Assembly (NCBI GenBank): GCA_964016885.1
Contig: OZ024743.1
Coordinates: 122,264,001 to 122,328,000 of the forward strand
Direction: 5' to 3'
From: Eledone cirrhosa
Lineage: Eukaryota
DNA length: 64,000 nucleotides
Notes under the pieces: model-generated
What the model was told of the DNA's origin: nothing
Seen by the model: the letters and a program-made list of their open reading frames with translations, nothing else
The model's database searches: none
Program-made: the position numbers and the translations under genes
Part shown: positions 1 through 15,420 of the stretch, piece after piece
How the letters are laid out: each line of letters opens with the position of its first letter
Numbering within the stretch: position 1 is the first letter of the stretch

Positions 1-656
1 CTAAAATCACCCATGCAGCCGGAAAAGAACGACCAGGAAGATTCGGGTCACTCAAATAAAATATCAATAAATCAATAATTTATATGAATGTAAAAAACTT
101 ACCCGAACCCACTAGATAGGTGGTAAATCTAGCTTCTTGGGTTTCTGCAATTCCTTAATCCGCCCCTATCAGCCCACATAAAAATATATAAGACTTCTAG
201 GGAGCGGATGGACCGGAACACTTTATCAACGGGTTATGTCCAACGGATAAAGAAGTTAACTTTAGCTAGAACGCACATGGAGTCCAGCAAGGGAGATAAT
301 CTCTATATTCGCGAAAAATTATCGGTAATGTGGAAAACACATATCGAATTAGAGTGCTCGATAGACATGTTAAAATAAACAGGAGCTATTCATCATTCAA
401 TAGAATCGACAAAAAATGAACAATAAAATTAACTGGTCAATAGCTAAGTCTAGAACTAAATATAATAGAATAATCGAGTATCGGAAAATCAGCTCACGAG
501 TTTACGATAAACAAATCCGACATGAGTGGCAGAGGGCTCAATAATTCAGATAAATCAGAGCTATAACTATCGTTAAATATATATATATATATATTGGTCT
601 TTAAAGCGAAGAAATACCTGTGATGGTTGGAAGATCACTGACGAAGGACCACTTTA

Positions 657-735
<79 letters not shown>

Positions 736-840
736 GTTTAAATAGCTTGACAAATTGAAAATTGCGGTAGGCAAAACCCAACCATACAATAACAAAGCAA
801 TGAAAGAACTAATCAGGTTAAAAACAGAATATATATATAT

Positions 841-1164
841 AACAAAGAAAATGTGGTAAGATACCAGGTGGACCATAACGCACCAGAGTACTCGATACTT
901 AGGGTAGTAGAGTGGGTAATAGGGAAAAAGTCAGGTTCCCGACGACTGAGCTCCAGCCGTTTCGTTAGTTCGCATCTGGGAAAAATGTCAAGACCCCGAT
1001 GGCTGAGCTCCGGTCGTTTCGACAGATATATCCGAACTAACGAAACGGCTGGAGCTCAGTCATCGGGGACCTGACTTTTTCCCTATTACTCCCTCTATTA
1101 CCCTAAGTATCGAGTACTCTGGTGCGTTATGATCCACCTGGTATCTTACCACACTTTCTTTGTT
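841..1164. mobile_element. Fold-back non-autonomous PLE-terminal unit (family A) between (TA)n tracts
   Basis: Arms ~841-972 and ~1033-1164 are reverse complements. The same sequence recurs at 8098-8260, 27185-27388 and 52196-52385. It carries only the GAAA-stem III half of a hammerhead. Confidence 0.75.
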
Positions 1165-1196
<32 letters not shown>

Positions 1197-1997
1197 CTAA
1201 GGCGGGTAAAATTCCCGAGATCCATGGACGAGTTCTCTCCAGCGGTCTCTGTCCCTCATTATCGCTGCCCTGTCCTGCGTCTCCAACAGACCAGTGTCTG
1301 TCCTTAGGGCATCAACATACGTTAACCTTGGTTTTCCTCTTCTAGTGTGTCCATGTAGGGGCTCCCACAGGAGCACTGAGTGCAATGTCAACTCTGGATG
1401 TCGGTGAGCATGTCCAGCTAACCTCAGTCTCCTCTGTGTCACTTTTGAGCTGACTTTTGGGATGCTCCCATACAGCTCTGAGTTTTTCATCCTCAGTGTA
1501 TACTGATTAATGTTCAGAGCCATCCTCAACATTCTCGTGTAGCATCCATCCACCATCTGAGTGAGTTTCTTGGTCAGTGTCCAAGTCCCAGACCCATACA
1601 GCAGCACAGACTCCACTACAGGACTCTGGCTTTACTGTAGCACCGGCTCAGAGCAGGAGGGTTAGGACGAAAAAGGTATCGGATGCTGAATTTGCCGACG
1701 ACATAGTTTTGGTGACAAATACAGTGAGGGAGGCAGAGGATTTGATGCGGGAGGTTGAGACTGAGAATGAATGAGACTAAAACAAAATATCTGGTAGAGA
1801 ATGTTGAGAAGCCAGAGGGGATCACTAATGTAGGCGGGAAGCCGCTAGAATTGGTTGAGGGCTTCCTGTATTTGGGAGCAAAGATTGGGAATACGGAAGA
1901 TGATGTGGTTGAGAGGAAGAGCAATGCCTGGGCGGCGTGCCACAGCTTGAGATCGGTGTGGAAGTCGGACCTTCGTAGAGACCTGAAAGTCCGCCTC

Positions 1998-2000
<3 letters not shown>
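1197..2000 (-). mobile_element. RTE-clade LINE 3' fragment with inverted 5' segment
   Basis: Minus 1616-1197 encodes VESVLLYGSGTWTLT...RRLRLAGH (RTE RT C-terminus, ending at a stop codon). Plus ~1620-2000 encodes the preceding RT part (EFADDIVL...FLYLG...LKVRLF). Flanked by (TA)n. Confidence 0.9.
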
Positions 2001-2061
<61 letters not shown>

Positions 2062-2067
<6 letters not shown>

Positions 2068-2450
2068 AGTATGTATGTATGTATACGTACATACATATAT
2101 GTATACAGACGTACAGTAGTATGTATATATATACACACATGCACATATATATATATATATATGTACGTATCGGTTTACCGAACATTTATTATAATGCTCG
2201 GTTTGTTTGTTTGTAACAAACTGATTTATTTTAGTTGGTCTAGCTTATAACCAAACAAACCGATCATTATAATAAATGTTCGGTAAACCGATACGTGCAT
2301 ATATATATGTGTGCATGTGTGTATATATATACATACTACTGTACGTCTGTATACATATATGTATGTACGTATACATACATACATACTTACATTTAAGTAA
2401 GTGCCGTACTAAGAGTGAGAAATGACATTTCGTTTCATTCTATTCCATTT
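2062..2450. mobile_element. Fold-back PLE-terminal unit (family D)
   Basis: Arms ~2062-2210 and ~2250-2393 are inverted, followed by a unique terminus to ~2450. The homologue at 46930-47490 contains an HHR. Confidence 0.7.
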
Positions 2451-2464
2451 ATATATATATATAT

Positions 2465-2770
2465 ATGAAAACAGGGAGAAAGAGACGATTATTAGGAAGA
2501 AAAAAATATTTTTTCCCTTTATATTTATTTCTTTTTTCTGAGTTAGAAAATGATTAAAAAGAAATATTTTACTTTGTGTGAAGTGTTAAGGCATCAGTTG
2601 ATTTATTTATTAATTAACAATGGCATTTATTTATCTATTTATATATTTAATAATTGTAAAATATTTCGTTTTAATCATTTTCTAACCCAGAAAAAAAGAG
2701 AGAAATAAATAAAAAGGGGAAAAATATATTTTTCTTCCTAATAATCGTCTCTTTCTCCCTGTTTTCATAT
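2465..2770. repeat. Inverted repeat with ~105-bp arms
   Basis: 2465-2572 (atgaaaacagggagaaagagacgattattagg...) is the diverged reverse complement of 2656-2770. Confidence 0.8.
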
Positions 2771-2840
2771 GGGGTCGATAAAATAAAGTACCAGTAATGT
2801 ACTGGGTAATTGCTGGCCTTGTGCCAAAAGTAGAAACAAT

Positions 2841-2842
<2 letters not shown>
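2771..2842 (+). mobile_element. tRNA-derived SINE, 5'-truncated
   Basis: ggggtcgataaaataaagtaccagtaatg...ggccttgtgccaaaagtagaaacaatt matches the 3' half of the full copies. Confidence 0.85.
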
Positions 2843-4108
<1,266 letters not shown>

Positions 4109-4196
4109 GGGCGTGGGTGACAGCAGCTTGGATAATATAAGTTTATCCCGGGTTCAATCGGGAGTAACCACAGTAAGTAAGGTACTCGATACAAAG

Positions 4197-4252
<56 letters not shown>

Positions 4253-4415
4253 TGAAGATATATACGTATATATACAAGTATAAACATACATATGAGACAG
4301 TCCAACAGATACCAATTTTGCCCAATTAAGGAATTAATAAGAATCAATTATTCAGAGCATAATACAAATTATATTTGGGAAACGTAAATAAGAAATATTC
4401 ATTTATTTACTAAGA

Positions 4416-4489
4416 GCATCCCAACTGCAGTTTCCTCGAGCAAACCTCACCAATTTTTGCTGAGATAAGCTCAAATCACCAGGGGACAT
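4416..4489 (-). ncRNA. Hammerhead ribozyme motif (degenerate core), extended stem II
   Basis: Minus: gtccc-CTGGTGA-tttgagc...gctcgag-GAAA-ctgcag-TT-gggat. Stem III is palindromic (ACTGCAGT). An inverted half copy lies at ~4801-4828. Confidence 0.65.
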
Positions 4490-4855
4490 TTTCAAACGAG
4501 AAAGAACTCAATTGAGTTATCCGCTACCAGTGATAATTTCGAACGGCAGAATTAACACGTGATTAACGTCCTGCAGAGGGGTAGAGGTATGCGGACAATG
4601 ACTATAGCAGTTCGATTCGGCTAAATTCTTTACTCGACAAATATACTGAAGATATGTACATATATACACAAGTATAGACACACATATGCGGGAGTCCAAC
4701 AGATACTGATTGTGCTCAATGAAGGAATTAATAAGAATTATTCAGAGCATAATACAAATTATATTTGAGGAACGCAAATAAAATAAAGACATATTTACTT
4801 ACTCAAAGAAACTGCAGTAGGGACACTCTAAGTAAATAAGTAAATATCTCTTTAT

Positions 4856-5490
<635 letters not shown>

Positions 5491-5912
5491 TATATATATA
5501 TATATAAATTTATATATATATATATATATTACACACAAACAGCGGACAGCAGAGGCCACATACCGTTCCTCTCCGAAAGATAACTCCCCCGCCCCCGGGA
5601 GACCCCCCCCCCAGTTGATGGATGCGACTCCGAAATATAGGGACAATTAAATCTCTCACAAGGTAACTCTATCTCGTGTTTTTATTTTTATTTTTTACGC
5701 TCTTTCCTACGTTCCTCTACACACTATACATCTCATTCTACATTCCCTTACATCTCTCTCTTCCCCACCGGATTCTGTTACCCGGAGATTTACCCATCTG
5801 CATTGTTGAGGCTTCCAAAACGACAAAAAACAAAAATCTTATTATTCCACAATGCTTCAAGCAAACTTCAATACTCTCTTATCCTTATATATATATATAT
5901 ATATATATATGT

Positions 5913-6898
5913 ACGTTATTCCGGGTTGAATCGGAGGTAACCACAGTAAGTAAGGTACTCAATACATAGCAGAGTATAAAAGTTTTAATATAGATGAGAT
6001 TCTACAGGACTAGAACTGTTTCATTCATTAGAAATCATCAGGAATCTGGGTATCAAAAAATAAATATGGTATTTATAGGTCTCTACAAGTGGTAGGAGAG
6101 GGTGGGGAGTGGGATGGGTGCAGGTCATTGGTTGATAGAAAAGCGAATTCATTAAAAGCTAATTCTACAAAGCTATAGTTTATTTTTATTTATTTATGTT
6201 TTTAGAGTAACAAGGGCAGACAGAATTCTATAAACAGGTTCTGGATGGCATACCATTCCTTGTCATTAAGTTTCTCTTAAGCTAACAGGTGTCTATAAAA
6301 TCAGTGGGGGGTCAGTCATGGTCGATAGAATTAAAGAAAAGGGAGATTCTTTAAAAGCTAAAGTCATTAAGGTTCTACTAAGTGACAAAGGTCTAGAGAA
6401 TTCTGCAGACAGATTCAAAATACTGAGTGCATATCTTTAGTAAGATATGTACTCAGTATTTTGAATCTGTCTGCAGAATTCTCTAGACCTTTGTCACTTA
6501 GTAGAACCTTAATGACTTTAGCTTTTAAAGAATCTCCCTTTTCTTTAATTCTATCGACCATGACTGACCCCCCACTGATTTTATAGACACCTGTTAGCTT
6601 AAGAGAAACTTAATGACAAGGAATGGTATGCCATCCAGAACCTGTTTATAGAATTCTGTCTGCCCTTGTTACTCTAAAAACATAAATAAATAAAAATAAA
6701 CTATAGCTTTGTAGAATTAGCTTTTAATGAATTCGCTTTTCTATCAACCAATGACCTGCACCCATCCCACTCCCCACCCTCTCCTACCACTTGTAGAGAC
6801 CTATAAATACCATATTTATTTTTTGATACCCAGATTCCTGATGATTTCTAATGAATGAAACAGTTCTAGTCCTGTAGAATCTCATCTATATTAAAACT
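5913..6898. mobile_element. PLE-terminal unit (family C) forming a ~920-bp near-perfect palindrome
   Basis: Arms 5981-~6437 and ~6442-6898. The extra terminus 5913-5980 is also seen at 4141-4198, 9260-9308 and 9820-9890. (TA)n on both sides. Confidence 0.85.
6832..6882 (+). ncRNA. Type I hammerhead ribozyme motif (mirror copy at 5997-6047, minus)
   Basis: agattc-CTGATGA-tttctaatgaat-GAAA-cag(ttctagtc)ctg-TA-gaatct. Confidence 0.8.
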
Positions 6899-6923
6899 AT
6901 ATATATATATATATATATATATA

Positions 6924-7325
6924 CTTGTGTATAATGGTAGCTATGGTGCTTCCATAGGCGGTATGCCAAAATTAGCACTCAATATTCAGCAGAGTAGAGT
7001 GTATATGGTATAAAAAAACGAAAAATCAGTGATGCATCTGGACTCAATTTATTGCGTGTTAGAATTGTTTCGCCGGCAGGTAGCTCGAGACATGGTCCCT
7101 GTATAGATCTGGCTGATTCTACGGCTGCAGGTTCCTTCAGACACGGGTAGTTCGTTCGGAGCAAATTTTATCATTCATGATAAAATTTGCTCCGAACGAA
7201 CTACTCGTGTCTGAAGGAACCTGAAGGAATCAGCCAGATCCATACAGAGACCATGTCTCGAGCTACCTGCCGGCGAAACAATTGTAACACGCAGCAAATT
7301 GAGTCCAGATGCATCACTGATTTTT
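6924..7325. mobile_element. Fold-back PLE-terminal unit (family E) with an HHR-like motif in both arms
   Basis: Arms ~7021-7173 and ~7177-7325. The terminus 6924-6995 is homologous (inverted) to 41985-42057, which adjoins a GIY-YIG remnant. HHR-like at 7206-7291: cgtgt-CTGAAGGA...GAAA-caattg-TA-acacg (core deviates from CUGANGA). Confidence 0.8.
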
Positions 7326-7511
7326 TTTTTTTTAATATTATATATATATGGAGTTGCAACTGATAGATAGTAGTAGCAACCGGAAAGACCGACGGAAACA
7401 TTGTTTCCTCGGTCCGATTTGACGAAAATCGATCGGAAAAAAAAAATATATATATATATATATATATCACAAAAAAGGAGTATTAGTGTTGCGACGAATG
7501 GAATTTATTGG

Positions 7512-7604
7512 ACATATTACAATCGTTTCTCTGGCGACCAGCTCGAGGCACGATCGATGTGATGATCGAACCTGACTCTGAAATCGCAAGGTCCTCAGAT
7601 AGGT
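7512..7604 (-). ncRNA. Hammerhead ribozyme motif with ~60-nt stem II
   Basis: Minus: acctat-CTGAGGA-ccttgcgat...gtcgccaga-GAAA-cgattg-TA-atatgt. Confidence 0.7.
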
Positions 7605-7878
7605 ATTGATTCTACGAAGCAGATTTTCCTAATTTTCCTAATTAGGAAAATTAGGAAAATTATAGAGGCTGGATTCTTATAGAATTTCAGTAATAATCAG
7701 GAACTGATTATACAGAGCGATTGCCGGTCCAGCAAGTATACATCGTTATTTCAGAGCACCAATCCTAATTTACAATTTTTGCTGGACCGGCAATCGCTCT
7801 GTATAATCAGTTCCTGATTATTACTGGAATTCTATAATAATCCAGCCTCTATAATTTTCAACAAAGGTCGGCGAGTGC

Positions 7879-7923
7879 TAAGCTTTGATGACCACCAACA
7901 GTGTGAAACACTCTGTCAGCTTA
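7879..7923 (+). ncRNA. Hammerhead ribozyme motif (C3U variant), family B
   Basis: taagct-TTGATGA-ccaccaacagtgt-GAAA-cactctg-TC-agctta, with a perfect 6-bp stem I. Confidence 0.65.
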
Positions 7924-8263
7924 TCTCCCTTCGTTTGTTGAAAAAGGAAGTATGTGACATGGTCACTACTTTAAAATAATAGCGTAAGGTCTTCAAAATG
8001 TTTTTAATTAAGCATATAGTATATTGCCAAATATACTATACATATATTCATGTATACATCACTATTTCAGAGCACCAATCCTAATATATATATATAGGAA
8101 ATAGCCGTCGAAATAGCCGTCGAAACGGCTTGAGCTCTGCCGTCGGGGTCATACATTATTTTCCTATTACCCACTCTATTACCCTAGTATTGAGTATTGA
8201 GTATTGAGTACTCTGATGCGTTATGGTCCATCTGGTTCCTTACCACACCTCCTTCGTTATATA

Positions 8264-9122
8264 TATAAATATAAATATTAATAAAATAGATGTTCTTTTG
8301 ATCAATTACATTTTATTATACATATTTCGGATGTACAACAGTACGTCCTCATCAGACAAAATATAATGATACATGACATACCCTGAGATGTTAAATGGTT
8401 AAGATTTAATCAAGGTAGTGATTAACCCAAGAGAAAATTTTACATATATAGCCTAATTATGAGAAAATGCGAAAACGTAATAAATTCATTAGAGAATGTG
8501 TGAGTAAGAAAAAACGTTGCTTACTGTTCTAAAGGTTTTAAAATGTATGATACTACGATATATCTAGGAAAACGTCTCATGAATCATAACAGCCAGTGAT
8601 AGCCACTGGAAAAGGATTTATAAAGAGGGAAAGATCTTTATCTTTATCTTTCCCTCTTTATAAATCCTTTTCCAGTGGCTATCACTGGCTGTTATGGTTC
8701 ATGAGACGTTTTCCTAGATATATCGTAGTATCATACATTTAAAAACCTTTAGAACAGTTACAGTAAGCAACGTTTTTTTCTTACTCACACATTCTCTAAT
8801 CAATTTATTGCGTTTTCGCATTTCTTAATAATTAGGGTATGTATGTAAAATTTTCCCTTGGGTTAATCACTACCTTGATTAAATCTTAACCATTTAACAT
8901 CTCAGGGTATATCATGTATCATTATATTTTGTCTGATGAGGAATTACTGTTGTACATCGGAAATATGTATAATAAAATGTAATTGATCAAAAGAACATGT
9001 ATTTTATTAATATTTATATTTTAATATTAATAACTCCTGAAAATTATTTTTCCGTAGAGTGCTTCCAATCTACTGTAAAACTCATCCTTTGAAATAATCA
9101 TTGAATATCGTTTAACACTTTA
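8264..9122. mobile_element. Fold-back PLE-terminal unit with ~370-bp diverged arms and an HHR in each arm
   Basis: Arms 8264-8635 and 8646-9019, then a unique terminus to ~9122. HHR at 8305-8367 (minus): attatattttgt-CTGATGA-ggacgtac(tgtt)gtacatcc-GAAA-tatgta-TA-ataaaatgtaat. Mirror copy at 8921-8983. Confidence 0.85.
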
Positions 9123-9403
9123 ATATATATATATATATATATATAAATGGCTTCTACAGGACTAGAACTGTTTCATTATTCGGGAGAAATCATCAAAGCC
9201 TCGATGATTTCTCCCGAATGAAGCAGTTCTAATCTTGTAGAAGCCATTTCTATATTAAATATTTATACTCTGCTATGTATTGAGTACGATTGAACCCGGG
9301 ATATACCTATATATATATATATATATATATAAAATCAAGGTTTAGCAAATAGAGAAAAAGTTTTAAAATAAATTTTTAAAAGTTCATTGTACTTACTATA
9401 TGT

Positions 9404-9485
9404 GCCTTTACCGCGGTTTCCAATCCCAAAATAAACAGATAATTCAAGCGGATTTCCATTGAGAACGAGATTTTCGTCAGAAGGC
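9404..9485 (-). ncRNA. Hammerhead ribozyme motif with ~50-nt stem II (mutated mirror copy at 9945-10026, plus)
   Basis: Minus: gcctt-CTGACGA-aaatctcg...tgggattg-GAAA-ccgcgg-TA-aaggc. Stem III is palindromic (ACCGCGGT). It lies in inverted arms 9331-9545 / 9889-10101. Confidence 0.8.
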
Positions 9486-9723
9486 TTTTCTCGTTCGGAG
9501 AATATAAAATTATCGAGTTCAAATCACAGACTGGCGCCATACAAAACTGTGCCCGAATGAGAGTGAATGAGGAAAGAAACAATCTTGTCTAGTGTCGTAT
9601 GCAAAGACAGAAAGCAGAGCGGACAGGTCAATGGATTGGAAACCGTGGTAAAGGCACATATAGTAAGTACAGCGAACTTTTTAAAATTTATTTTAAAACT
9701 TTTTCTCTATTTGCTAAACCTTG

Positions 9724-9821
<98 letters not shown>

Positions 9822-10234
9822 TATATCCCGGGTTCAATCGGGGATAACCACAGTAAGTAAGGTACTCAATACATAGCAGAGTATAAAGTATGGCGCCAGT
9901 CTGTGATTTGAACTCAAGAATTTTATATTCTCCGAGCGAGAAAAGCCTTCTGACGAAAATCTCTTTCTTAATGTAAATCCGCTTGGATTATCTATTTATT
10001 TTGGGATTGGAAACTGCGGCAAAGGCACATATAGTAAGTACAGCGAACTTTTAAAAATTTATTTTAAAATCTTTCTCTATTTGCTAAACCTTGATTTTAT
10101 ATGTTCTGGTTTGTTAATTTATTAACCTGCCATAGAACCACATTGTCATACGGTTGGGCAATACTTGTATCCCTATATGTATTTTTTACATGTAGGAACA
10201 CATACTTTTATTATATATATATATATATATATAA

Positions 10235-10272
<38 letters not shown>

Positions 10273-10310
10273 AAGGACGATTTGTTAAGCCTTCATTACA
10301 GTTTTTGATT

Positions 10311-10396
10311 AGTGACGCGCGTTTCGCTATTGATCAGCTCAAGATTCGATCTGCATCGATCTGGCCCGACTCTGGAACCAAAAGCTCGTCAGACCT
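10311..10396 (-). ncRNA. Hammerhead ribozyme motif with ~60-nt stem II
   Basis: Minus: ggt-CTGACGA-gcttttggtt...gatcaatagc-GAAA-cgcgcg-TC-act. Stem III is palindromic, stem I is weak. Confidence 0.75.
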
Positions 10397-10458
10397 CTGC
10401 TGTAGTAAAGACAGAATGCCTGGCTGAACCTACAGTAACTTCACGTTACACTGCATGG

Positions 10459-10538
<80 letters not shown>

Positions 10539-10845
10539 ACACACACACACATATATAGGATACCCATCGATTTCGATGATGAGTGTTCCAGTTAATTCGA
10601 TCACCGGAACAACCTGATCCTGATCTTTAGCATGCACGTAGCTGTGTACCATGAACATAATTCTCAGACAGATTCACCATAATACAAGGTATTTGAATTA
10701 CGGGTACAATTCATTTTTGCTAGTTGAGTTGACTAGAATAACGCGAAAAAAATGTGTCTTGTTCAAGGGCACAGCGTGCAGAGGGGAATTGATCCCACGG
10801 TATTACGATTTAAGGCTTAATATCATAACAAGAAAGCCACGCCCG

Positions 10846-10944
<99 letters not shown>

Positions 10945-11049
10945 ATCTATATATAATCTAAGTCTTGTCCTACTATATCAAGCCTTAAACTAATATCGTA
11001 CTGTATTGTTCCTCCATGTTATCTTTCCTTGTTGACTTCTCGTATACAC

Positions 11050-11080
<31 letters not shown>

Positions 11081-11337
11081 TATAAATATACATATATGTA
11101 TGCGCACACGTGTCCATAGAACTAACTCTTATTTTTACAGTACTGATACACATTCGAAATACTACAATTACATTGTATATATTATATACAGGAATGGAAA
11201 ATACCTGGTCTAGTATATACCTGGATTAGAATGTATCTGAATTCGAACAAATATTGGTTCTATTGCAAGATCATGTTCAGTATCGCATTCTCCAAACACT
11301 AATTAACTGTACATTTATCAGAATATCAATCGATATA

Positions 11338-11378
<41 letters not shown>

Positions 11379-11681
11379 TGCCCCTTCGTTATCGAGTATG
11401 GCCATTGCACGATATACCATTATTAATAATTATTCATTAATTCTATCGTGCAATGCCTGTGCGTGAAGATATTTTTTAAAGTGAGGAAGGACTGTGCACT
11501 GAGCCAATCCCACTCTCTGAGCGACACTAGCTGTAACTCGAACAGAAGAAAAGATCAACATCATCGGTAACTACTGAGCCGCAGGTTTTATATCGGAGTT
11601 ATCCCAGTTTCCTGAGTTGCCTTCTCCTAGAAGAATGCCCTGACAAAGGCTAGGGGTCCTTCACATACATACATACATACA

Positions 11682-11768
<87 letters not shown>

Positions 11769-13060
11769 TGTTCCCCCAAAATGTATACACAGTTCAACAG
11801 CATTCTTATTAATATTGCCTGTACAGGTAATCAAAGTGTGTATATATTTCTTAGGGACACCCAATACATATATATATATATATATAGAGAGAGAGGTTTC
11901 TGTTTCCCATCAATCATTCTACGTTGTGCTACTTAGTACTTGTAAATGAAATTGATTTATACGAAGTTAGGATATTAATACAAAGGAAATGACGAGTCAT
12001 GTATCAGGCAACAGACGGTAGTGTGTCACACAACAATTAATGTACTTTACAATACGTGGATGTAGACTAAACTGACCTCCAGAGACTTAAAAAAAAAAAA
12101 ATGTGATGTTGAATTACTAGGCGGCAACTACTAATAAGTAGTTGCTTTAGTTTAATATATTTGAAAAACAATTCTGAGTAGGTTAAGCTTTCGCAATAAT
12201 ATGGAATCTCTGAAATCTAGAGTATGGACGTTATTAACAAATGCAAATACGCAAACCAAATTTCTTCAGCTTTTTATCACATGTAGTTTGGAAAACGCAA
12301 TCACATTTTGCATCAAAAGGTTATTACATACTAAAATACACCTACACAAGTGTACTATTTACGCATCTAAGACAATTCATACATTCCATATAAAGAGAAA
12401 GGCATCCTTACACAAGTACGAACGTGAAAGCAAATGAGAAAAAAGGTTGTAGGATCTTTAAGATTTAATCACTGATATATTAGAACTAGTGTCGTCAACT
12501 TGGTTTTTATAGCCACAAAGTTACAGCTGTTGTATCCTCAGACATTCTTCAGGTGTCTGTCACATTTGGTAACGTTCTCGAAATTTCGAAATGAATCTCT
12601 TATTTAATTCACGGCGGTGTGTTGTTCTCATTTTATTGTTCATAGCAGGGATATTCTATCTAGTATTTACGAGATATGGCCGAAACGTTGTCACTATAAC
12701 AACCATAAGAAGACCAACTGATAATTTCCTATCTCAGAAATTCTAACAAAAATATATCTTTAAGTATAGGCTGTGCTGTATTTTTCACACGAGAGTTTGT
12801 TTTACCGAAGCATGATAACTCTTCATTAACAAGAGTTATCATGCTGCGTGATTTATCTACCTGAAACTAATTGTTATAAATGGGAGACTGGAAACGTTGC
12901 TATCCAAGTTTCAACTAAAAACGTATATATGAAATATATGAACACAATACACGTACACATACACATGCATACATACATACATACATACATATTTACATTC
13001 ATACATACATACAAATATACATACATACATGCATACAACTCTCCCCCCTCTCTCTCTTTA

Positions 13061-13125
<65 letters not shown>

Positions 13126-13423
13126 TGTATATGCACACATACACTAACACATAATTATATGTTAAAAATCCAGGAATAGAGTTTAAAATATTTTTAGAAG
13201 AAATATAAAAAGAACTATATTGACGAGTGCTGTTTATATCTACTATTTCATTTTAATATTTCACATCCACATTCTAATGATTTTCATGTGTCGATATGTA
13301 TATATGTAGCCAAACGCCCTCCACCTTTTAACACTATAACTCACACTGTCTCTAATGGTGACCAGCTCAGTTAAAGATGTAACTTGCCTTTGAAGGTATA
13401 GGTATTAAATAGAACGTATAAAG

Positions 13424-13491
<68 letters not shown>

Positions 13492-14254
13492 ATAGATAGA
13501 TAGAGAGAGATAGATAGATAGATAGATGGATAGATATATATATATATATATAGAGAGAGATTCTTTCATTGGCTGACATATTTGTTCACTTGACTAGCAT
13601 AATTAATCGTACAGTTATATTATATACATTACTAATCACATTATATATTAAACATATATACTCACAGGAAAGGGTGCATCACCGAATAAATTATTAATGA
13701 AGATCTCGGAGATGAATTTTTTGCGTCGATACTACATTTAAAATATGTAAAAGACACGTAGGTCTTCGAATGGCTCATCTATTTCAGTTGTAAATAGGTA
13801 TCATACCTTGAGAACAATCCCCGATACAGCAACAACACTATAAATTTAATGAGTGGTCTATCAGCTGTCAGTGCCAAGTTCAAATCCTTCTGTGGATCTG
13901 GGAGAGGGTATGGGAAACGATTCCAAAGTGACTTTATTTAGGATATATATTTTTAAAAATTCTAATAAGATAGTTGTTTATTTTTAAAATAAAATTTAGT
14001 AAGAAAAAATGAAGAAAAGGGAAACAAAAGGAAAGGAAGAAAAGGGAAATATAGAAAAAAAAGAGAGAAAGAAGAAAAAGAACGAGAAGGGGAGGGGATG
14101 GCACGAGCTCTGGTGTCGAAGAAGAGAGGGGAGTGGTGAAAGTAGAGGGTGATTGGACTTTGAGCCTAGAGCAAGGGGGCGAACAGGCACACACAGAAAC
14201 ACACACACACACATACACACACATAAAAACCCACCCACACACTAATACACACAC

Positions 14255-14410
14255 ACAAGGGTTCTGTAGTTTCTGTCAAACAAATTTCACTTAAAATGCA
14301 TCGGTCAACCCGAGTCCTCAATAACAGATACTTGTTCAAACTGCCGTGCATTGGGAGTGATCCTGAAACCACCTGGTTGTAAAATTATTACAAAGCCATG
14401 CCTGTGCCTA
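14255..14410 (-). mobile_element. Old SINE-like repeat (second family)
   Basis: Diverged similarity to 19740-19870. The minus strand begins ggcacaggcatggct...ggtttcaggatcactccca, resembling a tRNA-derived head. Confidence 0.5.
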
Positions 14411-14546
14411 AAGATTATTTATTTTATAATAATTATTTATTCTTTCATATACTTTTTGTTTTTGTAGGAAAATTAATTTCATTACCAGAATCCCATTGCA
14501 TTCAATAAATCATTTTATTCGTAAATCAAGACATATTTCGTACACA

Positions 14547-14727
14547 GTGGATTGGCAGTATCGGGCAGGGTCGGACGCCAAGCATAGAGTTAAGGCCCTT
14601 GCCATTCTGAGTTCAAATCCCGCCGAGATTAACTTTGCCTTTCATCCTTACGGGGGTCGATAAAATAAAGTACCAGTAATACTCTGGGCTAATTGCTGGC
14701 CTTGTGCCAAAAGTAGAAACAATTATT
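14547..14727 (+). mobile_element. tRNA-derived SINE
   Basis: A-box-like tggcagtatcgg, B box gagttcaaatccc, central gcctttcatccttacgggggtcgataaaataaagtacc (resembles the MetaSINE/MESC domain, from memory) and tail ccttgtgccaaaagtagaaacaatt. Confidence 0.9.
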
Positions 14728-15210
14728 TAGAAGCAAATGTGCTTCATATGTGATTCTACTCGAGTGATATTTATTTTAATTTATAAAAGAAGAAATAGTA
14801 ATTTATAAATGTAGACAAGCATATGGCGTATATTTTTTAAATGTTCAAGTTTATATTATAATATCATGAAATTTCACTACTCAAAATCTACTAACATTAC
14901 ATAAATACCTTCATAATTACTGAATTTTATTAATTTTACCAAAATAATATATTTCTTGGAGACAAATTATTTATATATTGAAGAACATTAACGAACACAT
15001 ACGTATCATGAAATTGGTATTTGGGTTGCAGGTGGAAAATTGGCAGAATAGCTAGAGCGTCAGATTAAATACCTCAGTATTTATTCCAGTCCCCCACATG
15101 TACAGTTCGATTTTTTCTTTTCATTCATTCGTGGTCAATAAATAAAATGCCTGTTTTTGAGCGGCTGATTGGCAAAATTGTTAAAGATTCGGTCGTATTG
15201 TGGTATATTA

Positions 15211-15420
15211 GGGCGATGGATTGGCAGTATCGGTAGAGAGTCGGACACCATGCTTTGCAACATAGAGTTACAGTCTGAGTTCAAATCCCGCCGAGGTTAA
15301 CTTTGCCTTTCATCCTTACGGGATCGATAAAATAAAGCACCAGTAACGCACTGGGGTCGATTTAATCGACTTTCCCCTCCCCCCAAATTACTGGCCTTGT
15401 GCCTATACTAGAAATCGTTG
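15211..15420 (+). mobile_element. tRNA-derived SINE, long form
   Basis: As above, plus an internal gtcgatttaatcgac hairpin segment. An older diverged copy lies at ~15030-15150. Confidence 0.9.

Noticed and set aside
625-660. Hammerhead at CTGACGAAGGAC (also at 23410-23430 and 23920-23935)
   Set aside because: Only the 5' half of the core is present, with no GAAA, stem III or stem I partner.
8264-9019. Fold-backs as general sequencing artefacts, or as MITE TIRs
   Set aside because: The arms carry multiple substitutions and indels and are asymmetric. They contain HHRs and recur as families with different turn points, unlike read artefacts or DNA-transposon TIRs.
14547-14727. tRNA gene suggested by A/B boxes
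   Set aside because: No cloverleaf is evident. The boxes are the head of a multi-copy SINE.
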